A DNA stretch of 64,000 nt. Source: an uncultured Verrucomicrobiae bacterium (GTDB lineage: Bacteria > Verrucomicrobiota > Verrucomicrobiia > Limisphaerales > Palsa-1400). Shown here piece by piece: positions 10,437 through 19,703 of this stretch. A program made the position numbers and the translations under genes. The stretch spans positions 192,001 to 256,000 of the forward strand of contig CAVPOM010000007.1 of NCBI GenBank assembly GCA_963707025.1, given 5' to 3'. The number at the start of each line of letters is the position of its first letter. Within the stretch, counting starts at the first letter, position 1. The notes beneath the pieces were generated by a model. The model was not told the origin of the DNA. It worked only from the letters and a program-made list of their open reading frames with translations, and ran no database searches.

Positions 10437-12394
10437 GTAGAGTAGGCGAAGTGGAAGGAGGCGGATTGAACTGACCGCAGTTGTCAGTCTCGCGCTGCCA
10501 CTTCGCCCCTCATCGAACCGAACGGACGGATTTCCCATATTCGGCTCTCCGAACTCATTCATCGGGCCGCCTTCCACTTCGCCGTGGTCGGCAGTTCATA
10601 GAGTCCATAACGCTGGTGCAACTGCTCGGGAACGTAGTGTTCCCACAGGCTGCGGCGGCAACCGTGTTTGCGCCACAGCCAGCGCCGAAAGCGGTTTTGG
10701 CTGTAGTGTTTCATCCGGTTCATCACCGAGACGCTGTTGCCGTAGTGGAAGTAGCCCGCCCATCCGCGCAAGACTTGGTTGACCTCTTTGACCACCTCCT
10801 GTATCGGACGCCCCTGCGTCCAGTGGTTGAGGATGCCGCCCAGTTTCTCGCGCAGGGCCCCCCGGCTTTTCTGGCTGGGTTGAACGTGCAGGTAGCCGCG
10901 CCCTCCAAAGGACTTGCGCCAGGTCAGGTTGAAGCCCAGGAAGTTGATCCCTTCCTTGCGAATGTTCACAATTCGGGTTTTGACTTCGTTGAGGGTCAGC
11001 CCTTTGGCTCGAAGCCATTTCTTGAGCCGCGCTATCAGCCCTCCGCCGCACCCCGCCGCGCACGCGATGACAAAGTCATCGGCGTAGCGCACCATGCGGG
11101 CTTGGCCGGAGGTTTTCTCGTTCACCCCGTGATCCAGCGGGTTGAGGTAGAGGTTGGCCAGCAGCGGCGAGATGACCCCGCCTTGCGGCGTGCCGCGCCG
11201 GTTGGGGATCACTCGCTTGGTGCCGTCCTGGTCTTCCTCCGCGACCGGGGCGCGCAGCCAGCTCTTGAGGAGCCGCAGCACGCTGCCGTCGCTGACCCGC
11301 CGGGCCACGGCCTTCATCAGTTCCCGGTGCGGAATCGTGTCGAAATATTTCGTCAGGTCCGCGTTGATGATTTCCACGTAGCCTTGCTGCACTGCTTGTT
11401 GGATTTCCGCAATGGCTTGGTGTGCCCGGCGTTTGGGCCGAAAGCCGTAGGAGCGCGGATGAAAGTCCGCCTCCAAGATCGGCATCAGCACCAGATACAC
11501 CGCCGTTTGCACCACCCGGTCCTTGACCGTCGGGATGCCCAACGGCCGTTCCCCTCCGCTGCTCTTGGGAATCATCACCCGCCGCACCGGGCTGGCCCGA
11601 TACGTCTTGGCTTTGAGTTCTGCTTGCAGGCGGTCGAGCCATTGCTGGCGCAGGGCCGGGTCGGCGGTGATGGACTCCATACTCTGTCCGTCCACTCCCG
11701 CGGCCCCGCCGTTGCGCTGTTGCGCTGCCAAGGCGGTTTCGAGCACGTCCTTGCGCAGCAATTCCCCATACAGGCTCCAGAACCGATACTTCGGCTCTGC
11801 TTTGGCTTTCCGATAGAGCGCGATTTGAAGCTGCCGAACTTTCTCCGGGGTTGCTATCCGGGTCGCCCCGGCCATCCCCGCATCCTTCGCTTCGCCTCCA
11901 CGCATTGAGCAAGTGTTCCCCCTTTGCGTTCGCTCGCGCAACTCCCGGCGGAAATCCGCCTGGAGCGCAAACAAGTCCACGCTACTATGAGGAACTCCGA
12001 CTTCTCCGGCAGGGCCGCTCGCCTGACTGGTCTTGCCAGCTTGCGCGGGCGGTTGGGCTGGCCGCCCGCCGCCGGAGTTCTCCCAGCTTACCTTGGTTGA
12101 ACTTCCAGACGTGCCGTCCACGCCGACCCCGCCGGAGCGTTGAGAAGGCTCTGACTGTTGCCCTGCCTCCTCCCTGCGGCCTTCGCCGGTCAAACAGCGG
12201 CTCGGCTTGTCTCCGGTTCTAAACTTATCGAGGCTCATTGGATGTGGTTCATTTTCATTACGGCCCGTCTGTTCATCTCCCTCAGCTTCCAACCCCGCCT
12301 CGCGGCGGCGCTGTTGAGGTCGTGTTCCGTCGTGAACAGCCTAATTCGACGGGCGGGACTTTCACCCGCGTTCCAACCAACTTCACTGGCGCAA
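10437..12394 (-). mobile_element. group II intron (IIB-like, RT without endonuclease domain)
   Basis: 5' TTGCGCCAGTG..; EBS1 hairpin 12185-12201; domain V GAGCCGAATATGGGAAATCCGTCCGTTCGGTTC at 10547-10515; domain VI with bulged A ending ..CTACTCTAC at 10437. Confidence 0.88.
10559..11875 (-). CDS. ltrA: group II intron reverse transcriptase/maturase
   Basis: RPLGIPTVKDRVVQ, SYGFRP, GTPQGGVISPLLANLYL, RYADDF, FLGF, maturase X domain (LRGWAGYF); no HNH tail. Confidence 0.95.
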   Translation of the reverse strand: MAGATRIATPEKVRQLQIALYRKAKAEPKYRFWSLYGELLRKDVLETALAAQQRNGGAAGVDGQSMESITADPALRQQWLDRLQAELKAKTYRASPVRRVMIPKSSGGERPLGIPTVKDRVVQTAVYLVLMPILEADFHPRSYGFRPKRRAHQAIAEIQQAVQQGYVEIINADLTKYFDTIPHRELMKAVARRVSDGSVLRLLKSWLRAPVAEEDQDGTKRVIPNRRGTPQGGVISPLLANLYLNPLDHGVNEKTSGQARMVRYADDFVIACAAGCGGGLIARLKKWLRAKGLTLNEVKTRIVNIRKEGINFLGFNLTWRKSFGGRGYLHVQPSQKSRGALREKLGGILNHWTQGRPIQEVVKEVNQVLRGWAGYFHYGNSVSVMNRMKHYSQNRFRRWLWRKHGCRRSLWEHYVPEQLHQRYGLYELPTTAKWKAAR

Positions 12395-12398
12395 CGTT

Positions 12399-12524
12399 TG
12401 ACCCGGTTTGACCGCCACGGGTTCGATCACATCCCAATGGCTCAGCAACACCTTGCAGGTGAGGGTCTTCCACATTTTTATCCCTCACTTGGCTGGATAG
12501 GCTTGAGTTTGACCAGGTTTGACC
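12399..12524. repeat. decamer tandem repeats TGACC-N5-TGACC (two pairs, 12399-12413 and 12510-12524); inverted pair at 10409-10423
   Basis: GTTTGACCCGGTTTGACCG and GTTTGACCAGGTTTGACCG read directly. Confidence 0.75.
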
Positions 12525-12673
12525 GGCGGGAGATGAAGGCAGAATACGAAATGGGAGAAATCCGCGAATTTCGGGGACTTTCCGCGCACCCGGAACCGTG
12601 CCTTGCACCTTCGCCAAGCCCATGGCGGAGGAGTCGGAGGCCGGGACAGAGGACGGGAACCGTTCCCGCTCCG

Positions 12674-12700
12674 AAAGCGGGAGCAAGCTCCCGCACTCCA
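12674..12700. repeat. REP-like palindrome AAAGCGGGAGC-AA-GCTCCCGCACTCCA
   Basis: 8-bp perfect inverted repeat with asymmetric flanks. Confidence 0.6.
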
Positions 12701-13051
12701 TATGGACCACCCTCATAACTCAGGAAAGATTAGCATTTAATTCAAGGTCGTCAACAGAAAAATGCGGATTTTTGCAAGGCCCTCATCATGAGACACTTGG
12801 GCAGAATCATCAAAACACGGAATTACCAATATCAAATACTCGATGGAAAATTCTGGATTTCCGGCCGGGAGTACTACCTAGTGGGTTCTCAGAATTGAAA
12901 ATTGGTTATTGAAAATTGGTCATTGGTAATCTTAAAGCAGGTACTGGGCTGGCAGGAGTTACCCAAAAAAGTGAAATGCCCCCGGAAGCAGCGGTGGGAG
13001 CGGTTCGGGTTTGCCAGTTTTGGGGTTTCGGTGTTCAGTAGTCGGAATGCT

Positions 13052-14359
13052 ATGGCTGTAATCAAACCATTCGCCGCGTTGCGGCCGCAACCGGAGTTGG
13101 CGGACAAAATCTGCGAGTTGCCTTACGATGTCATGTCCTCGGAAGAGGCCCGGGCGATGGCGGCGGGAAATCCGCTCAGCTTTCTGCATGTGAGCAAGCC
13201 GGAAATAGATCTGGGCCCCGATGTGGATGTTCACGACGCGCAAGTGTATGCCAGGGGCCGGGAAAATTTTGACCGGCTCATCGGGCAGGGCGCGCTCCGG
13301 CAGGAGGCCCGGCCCTGCTTCTATCTTTACCGGCAGATCATGGGCCAGCACGCGCAGACGGGCCTGGTCGCCGCCGCCAGTTGCGAAGATTATTTGCGCG
13401 GGGTGATCAAAAAGCACGAGCTGACGCGCCCGGACAAGGAGGAGGACCGGGTCCGGCACATCGAAGCGCTGAGCGCGCAAACCGGCCCGGTTTTCCTGGT
13501 TTATCGCGCGGTGAAGGCCATGGACGAACTGGTGGCGCAGCAGATCACCGAACCGCCGGACATCGATTTCACGGCGCGCGACGGCATCCGGCATACGTCG
13601 TGGACGTTGCGCGAAGGGGCACAGATTGGCTTGGCGCGCCAGACGTTCAGGAACATTCCGTTTCTTTACATCGCCGACGGCCATCATCGCAGCGCGGCGG
13701 CGGCGCGGGTGTGCCAGGCGCGGCGGGGCACGGGGGAGAGCGGTTTTTTTCTGAGCGTGATTTTTCCGGACAATCAACTGCGCATTCTGCCTTACAATCG
13801 CGTCTTGAAAGATTTAAACGGCCTGAGCGCGACGGAGTTGCTGAAGAAACTGGAGGCGGTTTTTGTGGTGTCGCCAGCCCGGCGTCCAGCCAACAGCCGC
13901 GCCACAGCTTTGTTCCCGGAGAACCGCAGCCAGGCGGGCTTTCACCCGGCCTCGGTGGATTTGAAAGGAGGCCCCCCCGGCGTGCCTGCCGGCAAACATC
14001 AGTTGGCGTTGTTCCTGGAAGGCTACTGGCACGGGTTGAGCTTTCGACCGGAGATTTGCGCGGTGGAGGACCCGGCGGAAGGGCTGGATGTGACGTTGCT
14101 GCAAAAGCATGTGCTGGCTCCGATCTTCGGGATTGATGACCCCCGGACGAGCCAGCGGATTAATTTTGTCGGCGGCATCCGGGGGACGGACGAGCTGGAG
14201 AAGCTGGTTGGAAAACAGGAATACGCGTGCGCTTTTTCCCTGTTCCCGACCGGCGTGGAGGATTTGATGAGGATCGCGGACGCGGGGGGCCTCATGCCGC
14301 CGAAAAGCACCTGGTTCGAACCGAAATTGCGCGACGCCATGTTCTGCCACTTGATTTGA
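13052..14359 (+). CDS. DUF1015 family protein
   Basis: PYDVMS, KKHELTR, YIADGHHR, MPPKSTWFEPKLR. Confidence 0.9.
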   Translation: MAVIKPFAALRPQPELADKICELPYDVMSSEEARAMAAGNPLSFLHVSKPEIDLGPDVDVHDAQVYARGRENFDRLIGQGALRQEARPCFYLYRQIMGQHAQTGLVAAASCEDYLRGVIKKHELTRPDKEEDRVRHIEALSAQTGPVFLVYRAVKAMDELVAQQITEPPDIDFTARDGIRHTSWTLREGAQIGLARQTFRNIPFLYIADGHHRSAAAARVCQARRGTGESGFFLSVIFPDNQLRILPYNRVLKDLNGLSATELLKKLEAVFVVSPARRPANSRATALFPENRSQAGFHPASVDLKGGPPGVPAGKHQLALFLEGYWHGLSFRPEICAVEDPAEGLDVTLLQKHVLAPIFGIDDPRTSQRINFVGGIRGTDELEKLVGKQEYACAFSLFPTGVEDLMRIADAGGLMPPKSTWFEPKLRDAMFCHLI

Positions 14360-14369
14360 AATTGTGCCG

Positions 14370-15260
14370 ATGAACCGCACAGAACGCAGTCTGCGCGCCA
14401 CTTTTCTGGGGATCGGCGTCAATATCCTGCTGGTGGCAGGGAAGCTGGCGGGCGGGGTTTTTGGACATTCGCACGCCCTGATTGCCGACGCCATGGAATC
14501 GCTGGCCGACATCTTCAGTTCCCTGATCGTGTGGCGGGCGGTGGTGCTGGCGGCGCAACCGCCCGACCGGGAGCATCCTTACGGCCACGGCAAGGCGGAG
14601 GCCATCGCCGCCGCCGTGGTGTCCACGATTTTGGTGCTGGCCGCCCTGGGCATCGCCGTGAACGCGGGTCGGCAACTTTTCGAGCCGCGCGAACCGCCCC
14701 GGGCCTTCACACTTTATATTTTAATTGGGGTCGTGCTGGTGAAAGAGCTGGTCTTTCGCTACGCCGGGCGCCAGGCGGAGCTGGCGGAGAGCGGGGCGGT
14801 GAAGGCCGACGCCTGGCATCATCGCTCCGATGCCATCACGTCGCTGGCCGCGGCCATCGGCATCAGCGTGTGCCTGCTGGGCGGACCGCGCTGGGTGTAT
14901 GCGGATGACGCGGCGGCGCTGTTTGCGGCGGGGATCATCGGATGGAATGGCTGGCTGCTGTTGCGCCCGGCCCTGGATGAATTGATGGACGCGGCGCCCA
15001 GCGCCGGCCTGCTGGCCCAAATCCGCGCCACGGCCGCCGGGGTTGACGGCGTGCAGGCGGTGGAGAAATGCCAGGCGCGCAAGACGGGCTTTGAATACCT
15101 GGTGGACATGCACATTGAAGTGGACCCGCAGATCACGGTGCAGCAGGGGCACGAGATTGCCCATCAGGTCAAGGGCCGGGTGCGCCAGGCCGTGCCTTCG
15201 GTCAACGACGTGCTGGTGCATGTGGAGCCAGGAAAGGGGGGAAGGCATGATAAATTATGA
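14370..15260 (+). CDS. cation diffusion facilitator transporter (FieF-like)
   Basis: ALIADAMES..D, HPYGHGKAE, ADAWHHRSD, VDMHIEVD, VLVHVEP. Confidence 0.92.
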   Translation: MNRTERSLRATFLGIGVNILLVAGKLAGGVFGHSHALIADAMESLADIFSSLIVWRAVVLAAQPPDREHPYGHGKAEAIAAAVVSTILVLAALGIAVNAGRQLFEPREPPRAFTLYILIGVVLVKELVFRYAGRQAELAESGAVKADAWHHRSDAITSLAAAIGISVCLLGGPRWVYADDAAALFAAGIIGWNGWLLLRPALDELMDAAPSAGLLAQIRATAAGVDGVQAVEKCQARKTGFEYLVDMHIEVDPQITVQQGHEIAHQVKGRVRQAVPSVNDVLVHVEPGKGGRHDKL

Positions 15261-15332
15261 ATGATTAATGAAGAAGGACGGAACGGACGATTGACCAGGA
15301 GGCGCGCTCCGTCGCGCGACTGCCGGCCTCAA

Positions 15333-15437
15333 GCGCATCTTACTGTTTGGACAGTTCCCAGTTAGGGACGCCGTCCCGATTCGGAATCGGGATCAAGGCC
15401 GGCACCGCGCCGCGACCCTGCCAAAAACTGGGATGCG
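15333..15437. mobile_element. MITE-like element, copy 1
   Basis: Aligns end to end with 21372-21479; degenerate TIR GCGCATC..GATGCG; internal TCCCGATTCGGAATCGGGA palindrome. Confidence 0.7.
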
Positions 15438-15498
15438 ACTGGCGGCCTCTCATTTCTCACTTTGCATTTCCGGGTCTTCTTTGATTGAATGGCGCTGC

Positions 15499-16726
15499 AT
15501 GAAAATTATTCTGGCTTATTCCGGCGGACTCGATACTTCGGTATTGTTGTCCTGGATCAGGGAAAAATATGACGCGGAGATGATCGCCTTCTGCGCCAAC
15601 ATCGGGCAGGAGGAGGAATTGCGCGGGCTGGAGAGGAAGGCGAAAAGAAGCGGGGCGCGCAAGGTTTACATTGACGATTTGCGGGAGGAGTTCGCGCGCG
15701 ATTTCATCTATCCGCTGATTCAGGCGGGCGCGGTCTATGAGGGGCAGGTACTTTCTGGGCACGAGCATCGCGCGGCCACTCATCGCCAAGCGCATGGTCG
15801 AGATTGCGCGGAGGGAAAAAGCCGATGCCATCGCCCACGGCGCGACAGGAAAAGGAAACGACCAGGTGCGTTTTGAACTGACCGCCGCCGCGCTGGCGCC
15901 GGAGTTGCCGGTGATCGCCCCGTGGCGCGACGAGCGTTATCGCAACGAGTTTCCCGGCCGCGCGGAAATGATCGCCTATTGCGAAAGCAAAAAGATCCCC
16001 GTGCAGGCCAGCGCGAGAAAACCCTTCTCCAGTGACCGCAATCTGATGCACATCTCCTACGAGGCGGGGATTCTGGAGGACCCGTGGTTCGACGCGAGCG
16101 AGTTGAAAAACCGGGATTATTTCACCACGCTGTCCGTTTTTCCCGAGGACGCGCCGGACAAGCCGGAATACGCCATGCTCGAATTCGCGCGGGGAAATTG
16201 CGTGGCGGTGAACGGGCGGAAGCTCTCGCCGCTGGGCGTGATGCAGGCGCTCAACAAACTGGGCGGCAAACACGGCGTCGGGCGGGTGGACCTGGTGGAG
16301 AACCGTTACGTCGGCATGAAATCGCGCGGCGTGTATGAGACGCCGGGCGGGGCCATCCTCCATTTCGCGCACCGCCAGATGGAGACGCTGACCCTGGACC
16401 GCGAGGTGATGCACCTGCGCGACACGCTCATCCCGCGCTACGCGGAGATGGTGTATTACGGCTACTGGTTCGCGCCGGAACGGCTGGCCTTGCAGGCGCT
16501 GGTGACGGAGAGCCAGCGCAACGTGAGCGGGACGGTGCGGGTGAAACTTTACAAAGGGAACATCATGGTGGCGGGGCGCAAATCGGCGGTGAGCTTGTAC
16601 AATCCGCAGCTCGCCACCATGGAAGCGGACCCGACCAAGGCCTACAACCAGGACGACGCGACCGGCTTCATCCGGCTCAACGCGCTGCGGCTGAAAGTGG
16701 CGGCGAAAGTGCAGAGGAAGAGGTGA
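15499..16726 (+). CDS. argG: argininosuccinate synthase (+1 frameshift near 15745)
   Basis: [10 protein letters not shown], then [34 protein letters not shown] in the next frame. Confidence 0.93.
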
Positions 16727-16794
16727 ATCCTTTTCAAAGCCGGGTGTTTCGGGCAAGTTATGAATATCTCCTGGCAAAATAAATCTGTAAAATT

Positions 16795-16995
16795 ATGGGG
16801 CGCGTCCGACGAGGCGGATATATAATTACTTGGTGGATTGGTGACCATGCGCCGCGCCATGTTCATGTCCGCAACGCAAAAGGCAAGCCGCTTGGCCGTG
16901 TGAATCTGGAGACCTTGCAAGGCTTGGAAAACTGGACACCGCCAAAAGAATTGGTCAATGTTATTGTGGCGTTGAAACGCAAAGGCCGTTTATGA
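16795..16995 (+). CDS. DUF4160-like small protein (putative toxin)
   Basis: 66 aa, DHAPRHVHV motif; ATGA overlap with next gene. Confidence 0.7.
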   Translation: MGRVRRGGYIITWWIGDHAPRHVHVRNAKGKPLGRVNLETLQGLENWTPPKELVNVIVALKRKGRL

Positions 16996-17294
16996 CACCA
17001 ACTTTGTCACGACTGAAGAAACCATTTGGCACAGCCAAAATGGTTGATCTCACCGCCGTCCGTTATCTGGCTTGGGAAGATGCCTTCGAGGTGGATTTTG
17101 AAGATGGACTGACCTTTCTCGAACCGCACTCCACTGTCCGCAAGGCCAATCGTATTTCTCCAAAGGCCGGGATCGAGCGCGTGGAATTGGACGGGGAATG
17201 CCACGAAGGTTTTTTTGTGCATTACGACAACGGTCAGACTGCGGAAGTCTCGTGGTCCTTCATCCGCGAACTGCCGCCCAAAAATGCAAGATAG
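16992..17294 (+). CDS. DUF2442-like partner protein (putative antitoxin)
   Basis: 100 aa with repeated V.F/Y.DG units; translationally coupled to the DUF4160 gene. Confidence 0.5.
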   Translation: MTPTLSRLKKPFGTAKMVDLTAVRYLAWEDAFEVDFEDGLTFLEPHSTVRKANRISPKAGIERVELDGECHEGFFVHYDNGQTAEVSWSFIRELPPKNAR

Positions 17295-17299
17295 CCAAG

Positions 17300-17400
17300 G
17301 CCACGATGGAAGCGGACCCGGCCAAGGCCTGCAACCAGGACGACGCGACGGGCTTGCTCCGGCTCAACACGCTACGGCTGAAAGTGGCGGCCATCGTGCA
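17300..17400 (+). repeat. diverged direct repeat of argG 3' end (16613-16713)
   Basis: 101 bp ungapped, 11 mismatches by manual alignment. Confidence 0.92.
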
Positions 17401-17452
17401 TGGAGAGGGACAGACAGGAGGGAGGAATGGTCCCGATGGGACCGATGATTCC

Positions 17453-18121
17453 TCAACTTTCGCCGGCGGCGGGGGCGGCGGGATGGAGGCGCTGCCAGCG
17501 GGCGACATAGAGGAAGAACACGGACGGACCGAAGGAGAAGAGCATGACGGAGATGCCCATGGTCAGACCGATGAAGGTGAAGCATCCGGCGCAGCACTCG
17601 TTCCGGTGACGGGCCACAATGTGCGTTGGCACGGCGATGAGCAGTTCGAGAATGCTGCCTTTGAGGAGGGTCTTGCTTTGCCTGGAAATAAAGTCCTCCG
17701 GGTTTTCTTGCCGGCCCCAGCGCAAGAAAATCAGCGACCAAAGGCACCAGGTCAAGGCCATCACGGCCAGCACACACCAGATGTCCCAATCGGGCCAGGC
17801 AATCGCACCGTTGGCAAACTCATAGAGGGCGCAGACCGCGCCCGCGAGAAGGCCACCCATCATCAGGCCGGAGACCAGAACGGTGGGCAGGAGAGAGCCG
17901 CGCGTCACCGGACGGCGGCTGGCGAAACGCACCGGCACGGCCAGCAGCGCCGCTTGTGCCAGCATCATGATCAGGAGCCATGTCCAGTAAGGCCAGTCTG
18001 CATACAATCCGGCGATGTCTTTGATGCTTTGATCGCGGAAAGCCAGGGCGCAGACAGGCACGGTCAAGGCGGCAAGGATCAGACAATACAATGCGGCGAC
18101 AAGGATGGCCCAGCGTTTCAT
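17453..18121 (-). CDS. hypothetical integral membrane protein
   Basis: 222 aa, about 6 hydrophobic segments, conserved-looking GSILELLIAVPTHI..R..CCA. Confidence 0.75.
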   Translation of the reverse strand: MKRWAILVAALYCLILAALTVPVCALAFRDQSIKDIAGLYADWPYWTWLLIMMLAQAALLAVPVRFASRRPVTRGSLLPTVLVSGLMMGGLLAGAVCALYEFANGAIAWPDWDIWCVLAVMALTWCLWSLIFLRWGRQENPEDFISRQSKTLLKGSILELLIAVPTHIVARHRNECCAGCFTFIGLTMGISVMLFSFGPSVFFLYVARWQRLHPAAPAAGES

Positions 18122-18246
18122 GGCGTGTGGCAGAATACTTGATGCGGAGCGGGGAGGAAATTATTAATTATAAATGAAGACCCGCCGCTGGAAGGGGAGC
18201 GCGATTTTGGTTGCGGGGGGGGCGCGCTGCGGTTAGAAGAACCCTC

Positions 18247-18483
18247 ATGAGTGAGCCAATTGTTTTTCAAAAATTTCCCATCGTGCAACCGGCGGAGCCG
18301 GGGGTTTATTGGTGGTGCGCCTGCGGGCGTTCCAAAACGCAGCCCTTTTGCGACGGGTCGCACAAGGGGACGGAGTTTTCTCCCGTTAAAACCGAAATCC
18401 AGGAGAAAAAAACCGTGGCCTGGTGCGCTTGCAAGCACTCCAAGAACAAGCCGTTCTGCGACGGGAGCCATCAGAGCGTCTGA
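18247..18483 (+). CDS. CDGSH iron-sulfur domain protein (two CDGSH motifs)
   Basis: WCACGRSKTQPFCDGSH and WCACKHSKNKPFCDGSH. Confidence 0.93.
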   Translation: MSEPIVFQKFPIVQPAEPGVYWWCACGRSKTQPFCDGSHKGTEFSPVKTEIQEKKTVAWCACKHSKNKPFCDGSHQSV

Positions 18484-18606
18484 AGGGCGGATTGGACGGT
18501 TGCAGCAGGGGTCCATGACCGCCGCTCTTTCGCCGGGTTTGCTTTACGGCCGTCAGCGCGGCGGCTCAGGGGCGGTCACGGACCGGCGTTCCGGTTAAGA
18601 CGGCAC

Positions 18607-19086
18607 TTACTCGCGTTTGCGGAAGACGGGGGAGGCGTCGAGGGTGTTGAGGGAGACCAGGTCCAGGCTGGCGCCGGGTTCGCGCAGGGCGGCTTTTTGC
18701 ATCTGGTCGGACATGCGGGCGACGGCGTCGGCGGCGTAGTACTTGACAGCGCCGACGCCGGTTTCCGCCGGGAAGACGACGATGAGGAGGAGGTTTTCGT
18801 CCACGTTGCTGATGAGGAGGCTGACCTGGCGGCCCTGCTGATAGATGTGGGAGAGGCTGGTCTCGCCCAGAAAGCGGGCCATCATGTCGGTGGCGCTGAA
18901 GGCGCCGGCGGCCAGGGCGGCCACGGAGGTGGCGTCGAATTTGTCCACCGCGCCGTGCTGGCAGATGAGGGGGCCGCCTTTGTCAATGACCAGGGCGGCG
19001 CCGGCATCGCTGCGCCGGAGGAGTTCCTCCAGGGCGGCGTCGAGGGTGCGCACGTCTTCTTCCAGGAGTATGGGGAGACCCGCCAT
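18607..19086 (-). CDS. mglB: roadblock/LC7 protein, MglB-like GAP
   Basis: ALVIDKGG, AALAAGAFSAT..MA..LGE, QQG. Confidence 0.85.
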   Translation of the reverse strand: MAGLPILLEEDVRTLDAALEELLRRSDAGAALVIDKGGPLICQHGAVDKFDATSVAALAAGAFSATDMMARFLGETSLSHIYQQGRQVSLLISNVDENLLLIVVFPAETGVGAVKYYAADAVARMSDQMQKAALREPGASLDLVSLNTLDASPVFRKRE

Positions 19087-19087
19087 G

Positions 19088-19699
19088 TTAAGCCGGCTTG
19101 CGGGAGCCTTCGTTGATGTTTTTGTTGAGGAGCATGCGGGTGATCATGTTGAGCGCTTCAAAGACGCCCTCGCATTTGGAGGCGACGGAGGTGAAGGAGG
19201 GGACCTGGACGTCGCGATTGTTGAGCAAATATTCCATGTACTCCACGGGGGCGGCCGAGGCCAGGTCGCGCTTGTTGTATTGCATGACGTAGGGGATGTC
19301 GGGGAGGCTGAGCTTGAGGGATTTGAGATTGTCGTCCAGATTCTGAAAACTCTCCACGTTTTCGGCCATTTTTTCGTATTGCGAATCGGCCACAAAAATG
19401 ATGCCGTCCACCCCGCGCAAGACCAGTTGGCGGGTGGTGTTGTAAATGACCTGGCCGGGAACGGTGTAAAGCTGGAACTTGGTTTTGAAGCCCTTGATGG
19501 CCATGGCTTCGATGGGGAGGAAATCGAAAAACAAGGTGCGGTCCGAACTGGTGGCCAGGGAGATGAGTTTGCCTTTTTCCTGGACATGGCCCAGGTTGGC
19601 ATGGACCTGTTCCAAGTTGGTGGTTTTGCCGCCCTTGCCCGGGCCGTAATAGACAATTTTGAGCTGCAATTCCTTGGTTGCTTGGTTGATGATGGCCAT
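19088..19699 (-). CDS. mglA: MglA-type small GTPase
   Basis: KIVYYGPGKGGKTTN, DRTLFFDF, LYTVPGQV, YNKRD. Confidence 0.93.
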   Translation of the reverse strand: MAIINQATKELQLKIVYYGPGKGGKTTNLEQVHANLGHVQEKGKLISLATSSDRTLFFDFLPIEAMAIKGFKTKFQLYTVPGQVIYNTTRQLVLRGVDGIIFVADSQYEKMAENVESFQNLDDNLKSLKLSLPDIPYVMQYNKRDLASAAPVEYMEYLLNNRDVQVPSFTSVASKCEGVFEALNMITRMLLNKNINEGSRKPA

Positions 19700-19703
19700 A
19701 AGT

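Noticed and set aside
10559..11875. RT as retron, DGR or CRISPR-associated RT
   Set aside because: Maturase domain, domains V/VI and EBS1-IBS1 pairing identify a group II intron; no TR/VR pair, msr-msd or cas genes seen.
11876..12292. 139-codon N-terminal extension of the RT ORF
   Set aside because: It runs through ribozyme domains and has no protein-like conservation; RT homology begins near the ATG at 11875.
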